A DNA stretch of 64,000 nucleotides from Octopus sinensis (taxonomy: Eukaryota): the NCBI RefSeq assembly GCF_006345805.1, contig NC_042997.1:144336001-144400000 (forward strand), read 5' to 3'. Of this stretch, positions 1-14,254 are shown piece after piece. The notes below the pieces were generated by a model. The model saw only the letters and a program-made list of their open reading frames with translations. It did no database searches and was not told the DNA's origin. How positions within the stretch are numbered: the stretch's first letter is position 1; each line of letters begins with the position of its first letter. The translations under genes and the position numbers were made by a program.

Positions 1-139
1 TGTGCATGCTTCTACTTCATGCATGCACACACTCATACAGACTGTTCTAAATTTGAAGTTTTTACACATGAAATGCCTTTAATTAAACTTCATGTTATTT
101 AAGTGTACTTTCATAAAAGTAGTACATGCACTTGATCAC

Positions 140-665
140 TTAAGCGTTCACTTTCCTATGCTTGCATGGGTTAGATGATTTTATTGAGGCAGATTTTCTC
201 TGGTTGGATGCCCTTCCTCTTGCCACCCCTTATTCCGCTTCAAGCAAGGTAATATTTTCCCATGCCCAAACATGTTTTTGCAGAATATTTGAACTGAATG
301 GCTTTGATTTATTAGCAATCATGTGATGTCAGCCTAAGGATGGTCACATACATGCGTGCACACACACATACATTGACATAATAATTGTAAATGTCATGCA
401 TTTCCCTTATCCTGTGAAAGCTGATTTGACCATGAGAAAATATTACTTAGCTTGGAAACAGGTATTGAGTTCTTCAGTTCAATATTAAACTATATATAAA
501 CTTGGTGCATGCATGCAAATGGGTTTCTTTAAGTTTGTCTACCCAATCCACTCATAATGCTTTGGTTGGCCTGTAGCTATAGAAGACACTTGCCCAAAGT
601 GACTTGCAGTGGAACTGAACCTGAATCCATGTAGTTGTGGAAGTGAACTTCTCAGCCATGCCTGT
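140..665 (-). mobile_element. SINE with family-1 head and RTE-like tail, diverged
   Basis: Tail at 140-300 (catgggttagatg..ggttggatgcccttcc). Head at 520-665 (gaagacacttgccc..gtggaactgaacc..cagccatgcc). Confidence 0.6.
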
Positions 666-1131
666 GTCTATATAGCTATGTATTTTTATTATAGTATTGA
701 AATATATTAGTCATGTGTGTGATAGCTAGACATGTTGGCAGGAAACACATGAAAATATGTATATTTGTAGTTTTTGATAGATGCGAATTCTTAAACAAGC
801 TTTTTTTTTTTTTTTTTTTTTTTGTGGGGTGAGGTTGGTTCTTGCCAGAATTTTTAAAGTGTTGCTTAGTTTATTTCATTTAAAAAAAAAAAATTATTCT
901 TCTATTTCCAACTTGATCAGAAACTTAACACAGCTCCTTGAAATATTGGTATTTCTAGTTCATACATTTTTCTTTCTGTTTTGCTTCAACGAGAATAACT
1001 CTTTGAACTTCTGTCATGCATCAAGCAACTGTAAATTTACTTGATTTTTCTCAAGCATTCTATTAAGTTCAGTTATACTAGTTATTGATTTCATTGACAT
1101 GGTGCTGTTTTTGTTTTGTTATTTTTTTCAG

Positions 1132-1176
1132 CCTCCATTTTAGGACATGTAGTTCATTACCTGTCATCAATATTAG
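1132..1176 (+). CDS. Tentative upstream 45-nt exon (phase 2/2)
   Basis: Strong acceptor gtttttgttttgttatttttttcAG and weaker donor AG|GTAATC. Reads LHFRTCSSLPVINI(R) and would join exon A in frame (AG+A = Arg). No homology support. Confidence 0.25.
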
Positions 1177-4100
1177 GTAATCAATATAGTTTATGGAAGT
1201 AGATACCTGCCAATTTCCCATTTTTTTTTTCTGTTTGCATTTGTTCTTCAGTAGCATTCATGAACCAAGAACTGTTTATTTTTTTTTACTTGTCTTGAAT
1301 AAATTTAATATGGTTTTTAACTCTTACAAATTACCACTGATTCTCTTTCAAACATATACTCCTGGTTTTATTATAGCCTATATTTACACTCCTTCATCAC
1401 AGTTGTTTGGTATGAAACTTGAACTTCCATGTATGAATTACTATTTATATTTTCAGTTTTGGTTTAACTACTAAGGATTTTAACAGGCTATGGGTTAATC
1501 TTCGGTGGTAGACTTTATCCATTGCCCAGTTTAACACCACTTCCTAGATGCTTTTGTCTCTTCTATTGCAAGTATTTGGTTAAGGGGGTCAGGTCTGAGG
1601 TTATGTCCTTCCCACTAATTTCTTGAGGCCCTGTTTACCTTCCTTATGATAATGACAAGAGAAAAAGAGGTATGCTTCTCTGGATCACTAAATATTAGCC
1701 AATGTCATTATATTCATGTTTAATGTTTGGAACAGAGTTGGTGACTGCTAATCTCTCATTTACATTTGGCTATAAGATGGCAGTAGTTGTCATTTTACTA
1801 TTGATTTTCTGTTTTCTTGTAAGACATTGACTGTATTCTTGTTTACAGCTGTTTCAAGCTAATTTGATTTGCTCATTTAATATTAATCTTGAGGCTTTGA
1901 AGTTCTTCAAGCAATTGTTTTCCATTGCCTGAAACATTTAGCATCTCTATAGAATGCGAGAGGCCTTAATCCTTCTTAAATTGGTTAGAAGTTTCTCAAT
2001 AGATCAAGACAAATTCTTTTGGAGTATACATGCTTTAAACTGTCATTTAAAATTCCAGACTTAGGATAAGCAGATGAAAACTAAACTGTTGGAAAGCCAT
2101 TTATTATAGACTTTAATCCTAGGACAGCCTTCCCTTTCATGTTCATTTTTGATATTCTGCTGATTTATTAGTATAAAAACCATGATAGTATTTATCATTG
2201 CCTTTTTGAAGTTAATAGGAATTGACAAGTTTTAATTTTTTTTTTATGCTGAATCTTTGTTTTATTGTGCAAATAAACAAGATTGTAGTCATCAAGTGTT
2301 TTATTACTGTGCCACTGTGGAATTATTTAGTGCTTCTTTATTTCTGTTTTATCATTTTTAAATTGATCATAATTTTTGTGTTGGAGTTTTGCAATCATTT
2401 AGACAAACTGCTGCATTTTATTTTTGATGCAGAGATTTTACATCTTTCTGTGAAAATGGAAATTGGTTTACTGACATATACAGGCATATGTGTACATAAA
2501 CAGGAATATGCATATATATGGGCACACATACAAAACATTTAATATCCATTTTTCCGTGCTTGCATGGATTAGATGGAACTTGTTGAATCAGATTTTTCAA
2601 GTCTCCTTCCTTTCCCATCTCCAACCCTCACCTGTTTTCAAGAAAGGTAATATTTTCCCATAGCTAAACATGCTTTTTGTGGAAGATTGAAAATGAACAT
2701 CATTCTCCTACAAGATGCATGAACATACACATGCATGCACATATGCATGCACACAGTTTTTCAGTTTTTGCCTACCAAATCCACTCACAAGGCTTTGGAC
2801 TTCATACTTTCCTTAGAACTGTTATACATGGTACTAAGGCATTGTCAGAAATGATTTCATAAATTGGACACTCTTCGTTATAAGAGAGACTGGCTCTTTG
2901 ATTCCATCTTTACATTGTAACATCCACTTTTCCATGAAAGGAATTCTGTTGAGATGACTTTTTTACAGCCAGATGCTCTTTTTGCTGCCAACCCTTGCCT
3001 GTTTCCAAGTAAGGTAATAGTTCCCCAATAACCAGACATCTTCATCAGAAGAATTGAAACACTGCTTGCATGACTGACATTCACTTGAACTTCTTTTCAT
3101 GATGAACTTTGTTTCTATCAAATCCATCAAAAAGCTCTTGTTGGTCCAAGGTTAAAGAAGACCCTTGCAAGAAGTGGCATATAATGGGAATGTACCTGAA
3201 ACCATGTGGTTGAGAAGCAAACTTCTTAGCATACAGCTGTTGCATTGACACCTTCCTTGGTAGAAATTGAGCCCTAAAAGAAAATTTGTACACTGCTAAT
3301 TAATCTCCCATAATGTCTGTAATTGGACTGTAGTCAGATACAATGTATCCTGTAGAAATCTCCTTTGGTTTTTTTTCTTTTTTTTCTTAAGCTGAAATTT
3401 TTACTATTTCATTTGACTTTCTTCTCTAGTGCATAGAAATAATTCACAATTTTTATACTTTTTATAAAATAAATAAATTCATCTTCTGGTTTTGTGGTAA
3501 CAATGATGTTAATTTACTTCTACCATCAGACCACTTTCCTCTTAGCTATAACTTTGGCACAGTTCTGCTAACGTGGGTGACATAACATTCTCTAAAAAAA
3601 AAATATTGTCTTACATAACAGTAACACAATAATAATGGAGTATATAATTGCATTGGTTAACAAGTACTTCCAAGAAAGATTTCTGCCAGAAATCAATATA
3701 ATCTATGATTCGCTCATATTTACTTATTATTTACAAGTATGCATGTTGTTGGATACTATTTACTGTTCTTATTTTAGTTATTGACTTTTCTTTCTCTGGA
3801 ATATGATTTCTATGTTGGATCTGACAACTTGCTCTAGCTATTTGAAAACTTCATTGATTTTAATCATCTTAGTTTTCCCACCTTCCCAATATAACCACTG
3901 AATAATTTTAAATCAGTGCATTCTTGTTGGCATTTACAAGGTGGTATTTTAGTAACAAGGAAGAATATTCCAACCCCTTACTTAACAGCACTTAACTAAG
4001 CTGGTCTAGGATAGTCTGATTTTCTGTTTTTCTTTTCTTGAATATAGTTTTACAAGATGCTGGTAGTAAGACACCCATTCTTCTATGCTTTACTAGTTCT

Positions 4101-5800
4101 TCTCTTAAAATAAACATCAATCTTGTGAAAATAAATTTGATGCTCAGAAAGAGAAAATTACGTAAAGCTAAATATTTTAGAATTTCACACACTGTAGTTT
4201 TGAAATTCTAATTTTACTTCACTCAAATATACTTTATTTTATGTGTGTATTCATTTGCTTATTTCATGCTCAATAAGTATTAGTGATACACAACTAATTA
4301 CAGCACTTATCTCTTGCAGTTCTTAAGAGGGAATTCTTTTTTTTTTTGTTTTGATTAGCTTAGTTTTTTTCTCTTATCTAAATTCTAGAAATTCAAGGAA
4401 AATTAACAAAAAAGTAATCTGGTTGGGTCATTAACTTGCATATCTGTTGGCCAAAAGGTTGTTGGATCACATCAGTTCATTAGCACCAGCTGTTTTCTTT
4501 GTAATGGTAGTTCTTGATGACTTTGAATCATTTGCCTATAAACAGGTTTTGTATGTTCATCTTCTAAGTACTGGTGTCTTCTTTATGATTAAGATTTCAT
4601 TTAATATTGAACCATTTTATGATCAACAGGAATGGAATGGTAACACTTGACAGATTATCTGCAAAATATCATTAGGAACAGAACTTAGATAGCTTTCAAA
4701 TTTATGACAGCAATAAATTTAAAATGTGATATTTCATTTGTTTTTGAAAATTTTATACTTTAGTATAAATCTCCTTTACCTGTCATTAAGTGCTTCTGAA
4801 GATTTTATGGGGTACATAGTCAATATCAAAGTGATCCCCAGAAAAGTTGGTTTCTACAGTACTATAACTCAAAGAAGCATTTCTTAATTATACAGTTTCT
4901 GCTCTTTTTTGCAGTGAATCTGATACTCTCTGCTTTCTATTTGGTGAATTAGACCACTTTAAAGTCGTACTTTGGTTATGCACAAATTGGTTCTTCCCAT
5001 TTTTTTTTTTTAATAAAGGCAAGAATGTTTATCTTAGCTTGTATTTATTGAAAATCAAATTTGATTTTTGTAAAATATGAAATACTCAAGCCTAATGTTT
5101 TTAAGTTTATAGTTGTGATTCAGCAGACTTGTGATCAAAGGTACCCCAGCTTTGAGCATCTTTCCCCACCCCTAGAATTTTTAAGCAGTCTTTTTTTTTT
5201 TTTTTTGTAACTACAATATCTAATGTATTAAGGTAATAGTGTGATTTGAGGGAAATTTGGCTGTTATTTATATCAGAGTAAACAATCTAGTAGCACTTAC
5301 CTTGCTTGTATTGGGGGAAATAGCATTAAATTTCCAAATGACAAGCTTATAGTTGTGAAAATGTAAATTGTAACATTTCACACTGGGCTTATCTTGAGAG
5401 AAAATTTACAAGTCTAAGATTGTAAGGCAGAATGTTAATTTCTGTTGCATGTCCCTGCCTCAAGTCATTAGAATGCCTACCTTCTAGCATACAGACCTAT
5501 TCATTATATATAATAGACAAGATATATAAAAGTTGTGTGTGTGAGCCAATGATGGTGCCTCTCTACATAGTTACTCATCCTGGTAAAAACAGCAGCCAAG
5601 ACTTCCTATCCTAATTACAGCATTTAGCTTTAGAAAAAAAGGGAAGGACACATATATTGTAGTTTGTGCATACCTCTAAAAAAGTAACAATTGCTCTTCC
5701 TTTTATCAGAACTGTTTGATGATTACTACGCTGGGGCTAAACATCATTTCAATTGATTATAAGCCATTGACTGATTTTTCTCTTTTCCTTCTATTAACAG

Positions 5801-5907
5801 AAAGTTGTGGTCAACATACCAGAAATACATGAAGGGAGATTGTATTCCCTTCAATAGTATTCGCGATGCATTCAATGAACTCAACCTTTATCCATCACTT
5901 ACTCAGG
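5801..5907 (+). CDS. Internal coding exon A of a multi-exon gene (EF-hand-like region; possible Raw/OLRN-1-like protein)
   Basis: Pyrimidine tract plus AG (tttttctcttttccttctattaacAG, ends 5800) and donor G|GTAAGT at 5908. The 107 nt read 1+35 codons+1: KLWSTYQKYMKGDCIPFNSIRDAFNELNLYPSLTQ. The terminal G joins TA of exon B to give GTA (Val). Confidence 0.85.
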
Positions 5908-6004
5908 GTAAGTTCTAAAGCTTTTACACATCATTTCAATCCTTTTCCATTCCTTAATGTTGTCTCTCCCATTCATATTTAACTCGTTTCATATATCTAC
6001 TTTC

Positions 6005-6320
6005 TATTTTGCCATTGCTCTCCCTCCCCCGTCTCTCTCTCTCCCCCTAGCTCTCACTCTCTCGTGCGCTTGCTCTCTTCCTCCAGCTCTCGCTCTCTGT
6101 CTCATGCGCTCACCCCCACACCCCGCAGCTCTTGCTCTCTCGTGCTCTTGCTCCTCCCCTCACACACAGCTCTTGCTCTCTCATGCACTCACCACCCCCG
6201 CACCTCTCGCTCTCTGTCTCATGTGCTCGCTCTCTCCCCTCACCTCTCCCTCTCTCTTGTGTGCTCGCTCTCTCTCCCCCATCTCTCCCTCTGTCTCGTG
6301 TGCTCTCACCACTTCTCGCC
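6005..6320. repeat. Degenerate CT-rich low-complexity tract just downstream of the exon A donor
   Basis: Recurring ctcgctctct/gtgctc units; the source of three overlapping low-complexity ORFs. Confidence 0.8.
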
Positions 6321-7010
6321 TTTTGTTTTTGTTATTTTTCTTTCTCTGTTCCCAAATCATGTTCGCTGCGGGAAATTCAAAAATAAAATAAAAATTACAA
6401 ACCCATGGATTTTCTTTACCAATCTCAATTTACATTATGCCTTAGAGTTTCTTTAATCATCTAACAGCGCCTTGTTTGAACAGTGACTAAATATATGTGT
6501 GCATGTTTGTACTTAGATTGTCAGTAATTTTGTCTTTTTAAAGGTACTTTAAAGTTACTGTACTTAGAAATCTTGGCAATACATCATCTTGAACTAAAAG
6601 ACTGTGTGCTATAATGTGCACTAGGAATAAATTACATATTGAAATTTTAGCTTTTGCTAAAATTTGTCTTTTTACATGATTTTCCAATAAGTAAACAAAA
6701 TAAAATTTTAAAATTAAGTAAACACTGAATAATGCTTAATTAGATAGAAATCAATTAAAAAAAGTATAGGAATTATATTAAAAGCAGATGATTATCAGAT
6801 AGTTTTCAATCTCTTAAATCTTCTCTGATCACAAAAGCGAAAATAATGAAGAGTTGTGATGATCATACTTTTACTAAGGTATTGTAAAATATGCACCTGT
6901 TGTTGTGCATGTTAGAAAAGAGGCATTTTTGTCTTGTCATTTTTAAATTGTTTTTTCCAAATTTGTTGGTTTTTGTTAGGTTTTCAATGGATTAGTTTAT
7001 ATAAAATTTA

Positions 7011-7410
7011 GGTGCAGGAGTGGCTGTGTGGTAAGTAGCTTGTTTACCAACCACATGGTTCCGGGTTCAGTCCCACTGCGTGGCACCTTGGGCAAGCGTC
7101 TTCTACTATAGCCTCAGGCCGACCAAAGCCTTGTGAGTGGATTTGATAGACGGAAACTGAAAGAAGCCCGTCGTATGTATATATATGCGTGTGTGTATTT
7201 GTGTGTCTGTGTTTGTCCCCCTAGCATTGCTTGACAACCGATGCTGGTGTGTTTATGTCCCCGTTACTTAGCGGTTCGGCAAAAGAGACCGATAGAATAA
7301 GTACTGGGCTTACAAAAGAATAAGTCCCAGGTTCGAGTTGCTCAATTAAAGGCGGTGCTCCAGCATGGCCGCAGTCAAATGACTGAAACTAATAAAAGAG
7401 TATAAAAGAG
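7011..7410 (+). mobile_element. Full-length tRNA-derived SINE (family 1, octopus-type)
   Basis: Head ggtgcaggagtggctgtgtggtaag...gggttcagtccc, central accttgggcaag...gtcttct, internal (TA)(TG) microsatellite, tail ...atgactgaaac..taaaagag. Many homologous copies in the window. Confidence 0.9.
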
Positions 7411-9035
7411 TAATTTATAAAGGAGAGGGATACTGTACAGCAATAGTTATGCAAATATTCAATACATGTCTTAAGATGCAATGCCTATGAAGGGAAATAT
7501 TAAAATCACAGGGAAAGACAATGTCTTCAATGGAGCCAATTGAGAAGCTGATAATCAATTGCTCAATTTGTTAGAAACAGCATTTACATCCCCTGTTACA
7601 ATCTGTTTTGAAGAAAAATTAAAGGGGTGAAAATGTATAGAATTTCATATACACAGACATAATTTTGCAGTTAAATTTTTTTAGCAAACATGTGGTTTTG
7701 GCTTTGTATTCAATCTCCTTGTGTGGCACCCTTAACAATTGTCTTCTACTATAGCTCCAGGATGACCAACGCTTTTTAGACATTTGTGTGTGTCTCTCTT
7801 TGCATTTCACTTAATACTTAAGATGTTGGTTTTTTTACATCCTTTGTAAATTGGTGGTTCAGCAAAAAAAAAAAAAAAATCAATAGAATAAGCATGAAGC
7901 CTAAAATTATATTCAAGTGTCAATTTCATCAACAAAACCTTTTGAGGTGGTACTCCAACATGGTCACAGACTGAAATAAATAAGAGCATATTAGAGTAGA
8001 CAGAAAACTGGCCCCCAACTGGAAACCTTTGATCATTGGTGTGTTCAGTAATGGTTTATTTGGGTGAGGCCAAAGGGTAACTATCATCAGCATTTAATGT
8101 CAGTTTTTCATGCTGGCATGGCTTGGATGATTTGAGGAGCTGGCAAACCAGATGTCTGCACCAAGCTAAACAGTAACCATGTTCTTAAATACAAATGTAT
8201 CAGCACATTTAATGCATGCTTCATTAAAAATATTAAAATAAAATAAATCTTAATTTTATGACTAGTTCCCATTTTGGCATGAGTTGGGTAGGTTTTCATG
8301 ATCTGAGCTCTTATTTGAAATTATTGCTCTCTGAAATAGTTTGAAGGACTGCATCTCTCATTTTTGGCTTGTTTTCTATGACTGAATATCTTTTGTCATT
8401 AATGTCACTCTAGTTTTGAGTGCATTGTTGTTGCAGAACTTAAGCTTGTGAGGTTGTTCTACTCCTGTAGTTACAAAGTGTAAGAACAAAAGATAACTGA
8501 CACCAGAATAAGAGAGAAAAACAGCTACAAAGTTGAATATAAACTCAAAACTTTTTTTCTTAAGTGGTAACAAGCTAATTAAATACCCATATTCAATAAT
8601 TCTGAAATGCTGCCTACATAACAAACAATACTTAAGTTCATATTGTGCATATTTAATACATAGAACAAGAAAATTTTGAAGTTAAATAAAACCTGTAGTT
8701 AAGGGGTGGGTAGGAGCTCTATATTTTCAATGTTTACTTTTGCAGTTGAAATTTCTTACTTCAACATATTTTTGACCTGTCTCTATCATTACCATTCTTT
8801 TATCTTTCAAGTATTTACTTTTTCCATAACTGTTTTCTATGAAAAGTCTAAATTTTACTTGTAGAATGGTTTCTTTATTTGGACTACAATTTCCTACTGC
8901 AAATTGACATTTCTATTTGTTGCAGTACCTAAATTGATATAAATGAAAGAATTCTTTAAATAACAATGCATATAGTCTATAAACATTGTCTAAATAGATT
9001 CTCTTTAAAGCTGTGTGTGGGGTGGGGGGTGAGGA

Positions 9036-9390
9036 TGGAGCATGGTTGTGTGGTTAAGAAGCTTGCTTCCAAACCATTGTGTGGCACCTTGGACAAGTGT
9101 CATCTACTAAAGCCCTAGGTTGACCAAAACATTGTAAGTAGATTTGGTTGATGGAAAATGAAAGAAGTCCATTGTGTGTCTACCCTTGTCTTGGCATTGC
9201 ATAATGGTTAACAAGCAACACTATCATACAAGAAATGTTGTTTGACTCTGTTCTGTGAAAAAATGCCTTGAGGGAAATATTGCTTTGCTTGGAAACATGT
9301 GACTACAAGATGCAATGCACCCAACTATAGATCTGCCTCAAATTTCATCTGCCCCATAAAAGCATAGAAAAAGTGAATGTTAAAACAATA
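9036..9390 (+). mobile_element. SINE with family-1 head and RTE-like tail, diverged
   Basis: ggttgtgtggttaagaagcttgc..gtggcaccttggacaagtgtc ... atctgcctcaaatt..gcatagaaaaagtgaatgttaaaac. Confidence 0.6.
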
Positions 9391-11823
9391 TGTCCTCATC
9401 ATTTTAATGCCTGCACATAAAGGACAAGCTTATTTTGATTTCCATCAACCAAATCTTATTTTTGACCAGCCTGAGGTTTTAGACACTTGTCTAAGGTGCC
9501 ATATGATGGGAGTGAACCTGAAACCAGATAGTTGGGAAGCAAACTTCTTAATCACACAGCCATGCCTTCCTGCAGCCTTACAATGGGAGTGAATAATTAC
9601 ATATTTTTTTCTGATTTTGTCATGAGATTTTTAGGATAGATTTCTGATTTATTAATTTTATGATGCTTTTGTAAATTTATTATTACTCATTATTTCATTG
9701 TTTTATTCTACTCAGTATTAACTGAAATTTTAATTTCTCTTTTTAACTAAATTGCAATTATATAATTGAAAATGGGGCAATATATTTGTACTTAGTGTTT
9801 TCAGTTTGCTTTTGCTAGTCTGAATTCACTCGGTATATTTTTCACAATTTAACTAGAAGTTACTGTAAATGTCAACTTATTAGTTAAATTAGTGATTTGG
9901 TGCAAAGCTTATTTAAGAAAAATGTTTTATAAAATTTGTTAATGGGGAAATCTTTTTGTGACTGTTATATAATTTATTTCCAGCACTGAAATATTTCGAA
10001 TACAATTCATTTCATTTGGTGGTCTGGTCTTGTCTTGTTAAGTATCCAATTTAAGAGCCACAGATGGCAAAGTTGATAGGGTGCTAGCTTATCTAAAGGA
10101 TTGGTGGTTAATTTCCTGTCACCAGCAGTGCACTTTGTTCATGGTAAAGATACTGAAGTAGATTGTAAAAACGGTACTTATCTCTATAAGCTGTGCAACA
10201 GTACTATAAAATCAACGGCTAATTTAGCTTGTAGTGCTGTTTGACTGTGTCTTGGAGAGGGATGCAGTCCATTGGGCTGGCTTGCTTCAGATACACATGC
10301 AGTATATATGGGTCCTGGGACACATTGCAACCGTGTAATCACTGTAGCTTTGCAGAATCTCCATATTGTTTAGTATATTCACTTTCAGAGAAAAGTGAAG
10401 TAGTTTATATAAAATCTTTAAAAGTAAAAGTTAATTCACATGAAAAGGCTAATATAAATGGACTGATACTTTAACGACAATGTATACATTAACCAATTAA
10501 AACAGATATCAAACACTGATAGCACTATCAACTGATTGTCCTACCTAAAGACACACATACACAGAGGGACATGGACAGATACACACACACACAGGGACAT
10601 GGAGACACACACAGATGCAGGCAGGTGGGCGGACGGACGGACAGACGGAGGAAGTAAATGTCTTTATGAAATAATTGGTTTTTATTGATAGTCATGAAAA
10701 TAGGCATGATGGCTTTTCACAGAAAATATCAATCGGATGTAACTGAATTTAAAGAAACAAACTGAAAAGAATTTCCAGTTTATTAGCCATTAGACTGTTA
10801 CCTTCCTTAATTTACCTTTTACCTGGCCTGATATACCATATTTTAATGTGTATAAGGAACCCATTTTGACAAAAATTAGTTAACAAAAAATGTATGGGAG
10901 TTTCTTATACATGGATATTATAATCTCTTACAAAACCTTTTTTCCAAATTTTAAGCCCCCAAAACTAGAGGGTTCCTATCGATCTTAAAATATGGTAATT
11001 ATCTTGCAGAGAAAAAGGTATTCAATAACAGATATTACAATTATTCATAAGTATTAGTCTGTTTTAACCCATAAATTTTCATATTCTGGCATTTTTTGGG
11101 ATGTGAGGTTAAGATGCTTTGACTACAGACCATATAGTCATAAGTTCTAACATTACTGCTGATGTTCTTGAGCATGACTTGTTCCATTTTGTTTTATAGT
11201 TGCATAGTTAACAGAAAATTCATCCAGCTGTGCAAATAATTGCTTCAATATAAACCATTCCACCTGTGCAAATAAACCTATAAGCAATTCCATTATAATC
11301 AATCACAGTATGAGCCTGTTGCCTGTTTTGTTGACCCTGGCTTGGAGAGATTAAAAGGAGAAAATCAGCTCAAGACGTGTTCCTTAAATGGCTAAGTAAT
11401 AAGGCCTATGACCTCCACCATCTGGAGTTTTGTGATATTGATAGTGTTTATGTTTAGTTTAATATTGCTAACCATTTAGTCTAGTACTTTGCAGTGTTGT
11501 CTTTATAACTACATATAAGGACAGCTATAATGAATATTAGTTATAGTGTTACCTGTTTCAAGGGGAATAGTTTTTCTGGTAATTTATTCATGTAAACGTT
11601 TTTAGCTGTCTACTCAATGTCTTGCTTTTATTCCAGTTGAAACAAGGTTATGTACTCAACCATAAATGGATTTTATGGCTCTAAACTCAGCCTAAAGCTG
11701 TGCAAATGTATTGATTTCATTTCTAGATCCTCTAATGATTCAATGAGAAATTATAGTGGGACACAGTTTAAAGCAGCTGGTATTGACCCACTGTTGCCTG
11801 ACCTACATACACAGGGCCATTAA

Positions 11824-12060
11824 CCCATTAGCATTTAAACTGGCCACATTGGGTCAAAATATTCTTGTTTAGTGCATAAACTGGCCAGAACCAGCCTCTC
11901 CCACTAATCCTACAATGTCATTCTAAAAATAAACAATCACATTATTGAAATCTCGAAGCTATGTGATAATGCATGATTGATTCAAAATGATATGAATTAC
12001 ATTTAACATAATCGAAGCTATGAGATAATGCATGATTAATTTAATCTGAATGCCAAAAGG
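11824..12060. mobile_element. piggyBac-type MITE (second family)
   Basis: TTAA+CCCATTAGCATT ... AATGCCAAAAGG+TTTA. Internal duplication of tcgaagctatg-gataatgcatgatt (~11952 and ~12012). Confidence 0.6.
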
Positions 12061-13877
12061 TTTACAGTTTTACATCTGATTTCTCTGCTGGAATGGGTTG
12101 TTAAGATTAATTTTGTGGTTACTTCCCTCTTTGATGGGCTGGAAGATCACACATTGCCTCTATGCTTCATTTTTGGTTTGGTTTCTGTGGCTTGATCCTC
12201 TTATCACCAACCACTTTAAAGTCTGTTCTGGGTGCATTTTGTTGTGACAGTAGTTGAGTTACCTTTTACCCAGAAGATTAATCTCTATTATCAAATTTTA
12301 TGTCTTCTGATTATATTCCTTTTGGTGCATATATTGTTGCAGTTAGGTTTTTCACAAACTGCAGCATTGTTCAAGAATTGATTTGGCATCTTAGTTTGAC
12401 CAAGGATTTGATATGTGGAAGTGTGCGTAAAATCATTTAATGTCTGTTTTCCATGTTGGCATGGGTTGGACAATTTGTTAGGGGCTGAGTAGGCAGAAGA
12501 CTGCACCAGGGTTCACTGTCTGTTTTGGGAGGGCTTTTACTGCTGGATGCCCTTCCTAACACCAACCACCTTACTGAGTGCTTTTTTAAAGATTTGCCTT
12601 TTCATGCTCACATGGATCAGAGAAAATTTGTTAGAGTGAATTTTCTATGGCTGGATGCTCTTATCACCAACCCTCACTCTTTACTTGTAAGGTTGAAAAT
12701 AGATGTCACTGTTTGAATGACAGTGACATTCACTTGCAGTTACCCACAATGTCAAGACTTTTTCAGAATCAGCTTAGTAGAAAGCTGGACTAAATACTTT
12801 GCTGTGTCTTGCCATTTTTGGCAGACTATGGCATGACAATATTGCTGCTAATCCCTTGTAGTTTTGATAAAATGATGACGGTATCCATTCTGTTCTGCAG
12901 CAGGGTTTTTCTGCTTTGTTATAAGGAATCCTTATTACAAGGACCTTGCTTACTTGCTGAAAGGAAGCTGGAACTAAAAGTGGGTCAGTGACATTCACCA
13001 ATTGAAATATTTTAATTACTTTGCTTGGTAATTCCCCACCTCCTTTTCTATACATCAAGTTGTGTGATAATATAAAGAAAAAAGACTTTGAAGACTTATG
13101 AACAATGTTTTGCAAGAAGTATTTTTTTTTCATTTGATTTTATCTTTATTTGTACATATCTGGCTATTTCCTTTGCAAGCAACTTGAATAATTGCTTTAT
13201 CAAATAGTTGGATGACTGAAATGATATTTGAAGTACCAAATGGGAATTTTTAGTTTGAAATTAAGGCTTGTCTTATTTTAAAGACTTATCTACCAATATA
13301 TTATTGTTGTTGCCATTAGCTGTATCAATATTGGGTTTGGACTAGTATCAAATATGGAGGAAAGTGTGTGAGATATATGATGTAATATATCAAAGTGCAG
13401 GCTTGTTTTTAATGATTTTTTTTTAGCGAGCTAAATATCAATAATATAGCAAATTTGGTTCAATCAACTGCAGTCTATCCAATTTTTGTATATTATTGAT
13501 GTTATTTTACTCCAGTTGAAAGAAAATGTTTGATCTTGGTTGTATTTGAAATTGAGATAATGAAACTATCACATTACTTATTCTAATCACCCAGGATGGC
13601 TCACTAAATTGTTATATCCATTTTAGCTCTCAGTATTAGTTGCAATTTTTATGCTTAACACTATGCCATCCACTGCCAACTGAGTGATCCTCTATGCAGT
13701 CACAATTATGAAGCAGTGGAATGGTAGAATTGTTATAGTACCAGACTAAATAAATTGCTTTGATTTCAAATTCTACCAGAGTCAGCTTTACCTTTCGTCT
13801 TTCTAGAGTTGATAAAAACACTGAGATTGATTTAACTAACCTGCCCCTTATCATTAATTTCTGATTTATATTGTACC

Positions 13878-14254
13878 CAGTGCTGGATTAACCATTAAGC
13901 AAAATAAGCACTTGCTTAGAGCATCAAGGGAAAAGAAACCACAACAGAAATGGTAAATGGTTTACAGCACAAAAGAAATCACTTCAAACTTGCTAAGATA
14001 ATATTTGAAGGGGTTTATATGATTGGAAATATAATTTCGAAGTGTTAATGGTGTCATAATGAATATCTGATAAGACTTTGCAATGGAAAAAAGTACAAAA
14101 CTCTTCAAAAATAAACATTTTTTTCCCATCTTACTGAAAATTGTTTCATTTTGAAAAATGTTATGGCTTATTGTTTATAGTTTGACTTTATGGGGGGTGG
14201 GCACCAAAATCTTTTTAAATGCTTAGGGCCTCTATGGGTGTTAATCTGGCCCCA
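13878..14254. mobile_element. hAT-family MITE with 8-bp TSD
   Basis: TSD ATTGTACC at 13870-13877 and 14255-14262. Degenerate TIRs CAGTGCTGGATTAA / TTAATCTGGCCCCA (consensus-like CAGGGCCGGATTAA). Confidence 0.8.

Noticed and set aside
5957-6456. Three overlapping Leu/Ser-rich ORFs
   Set aside because: Low-complexity CT tract in the intron following exon A; no splice or homology support.
7011-7090. tRNA-like sequence with A and B boxes (also at 49772 and 50858)
   Set aside because: These are SINE heads followed by SINE bodies; no complete cloverleaf, so not called tRNA genes.
9008-9035. G-rich run as a possible G-quadruplex
   Set aside because: Only two long G-runs plus GG pairs, adjacent to a SINE head; weak support.
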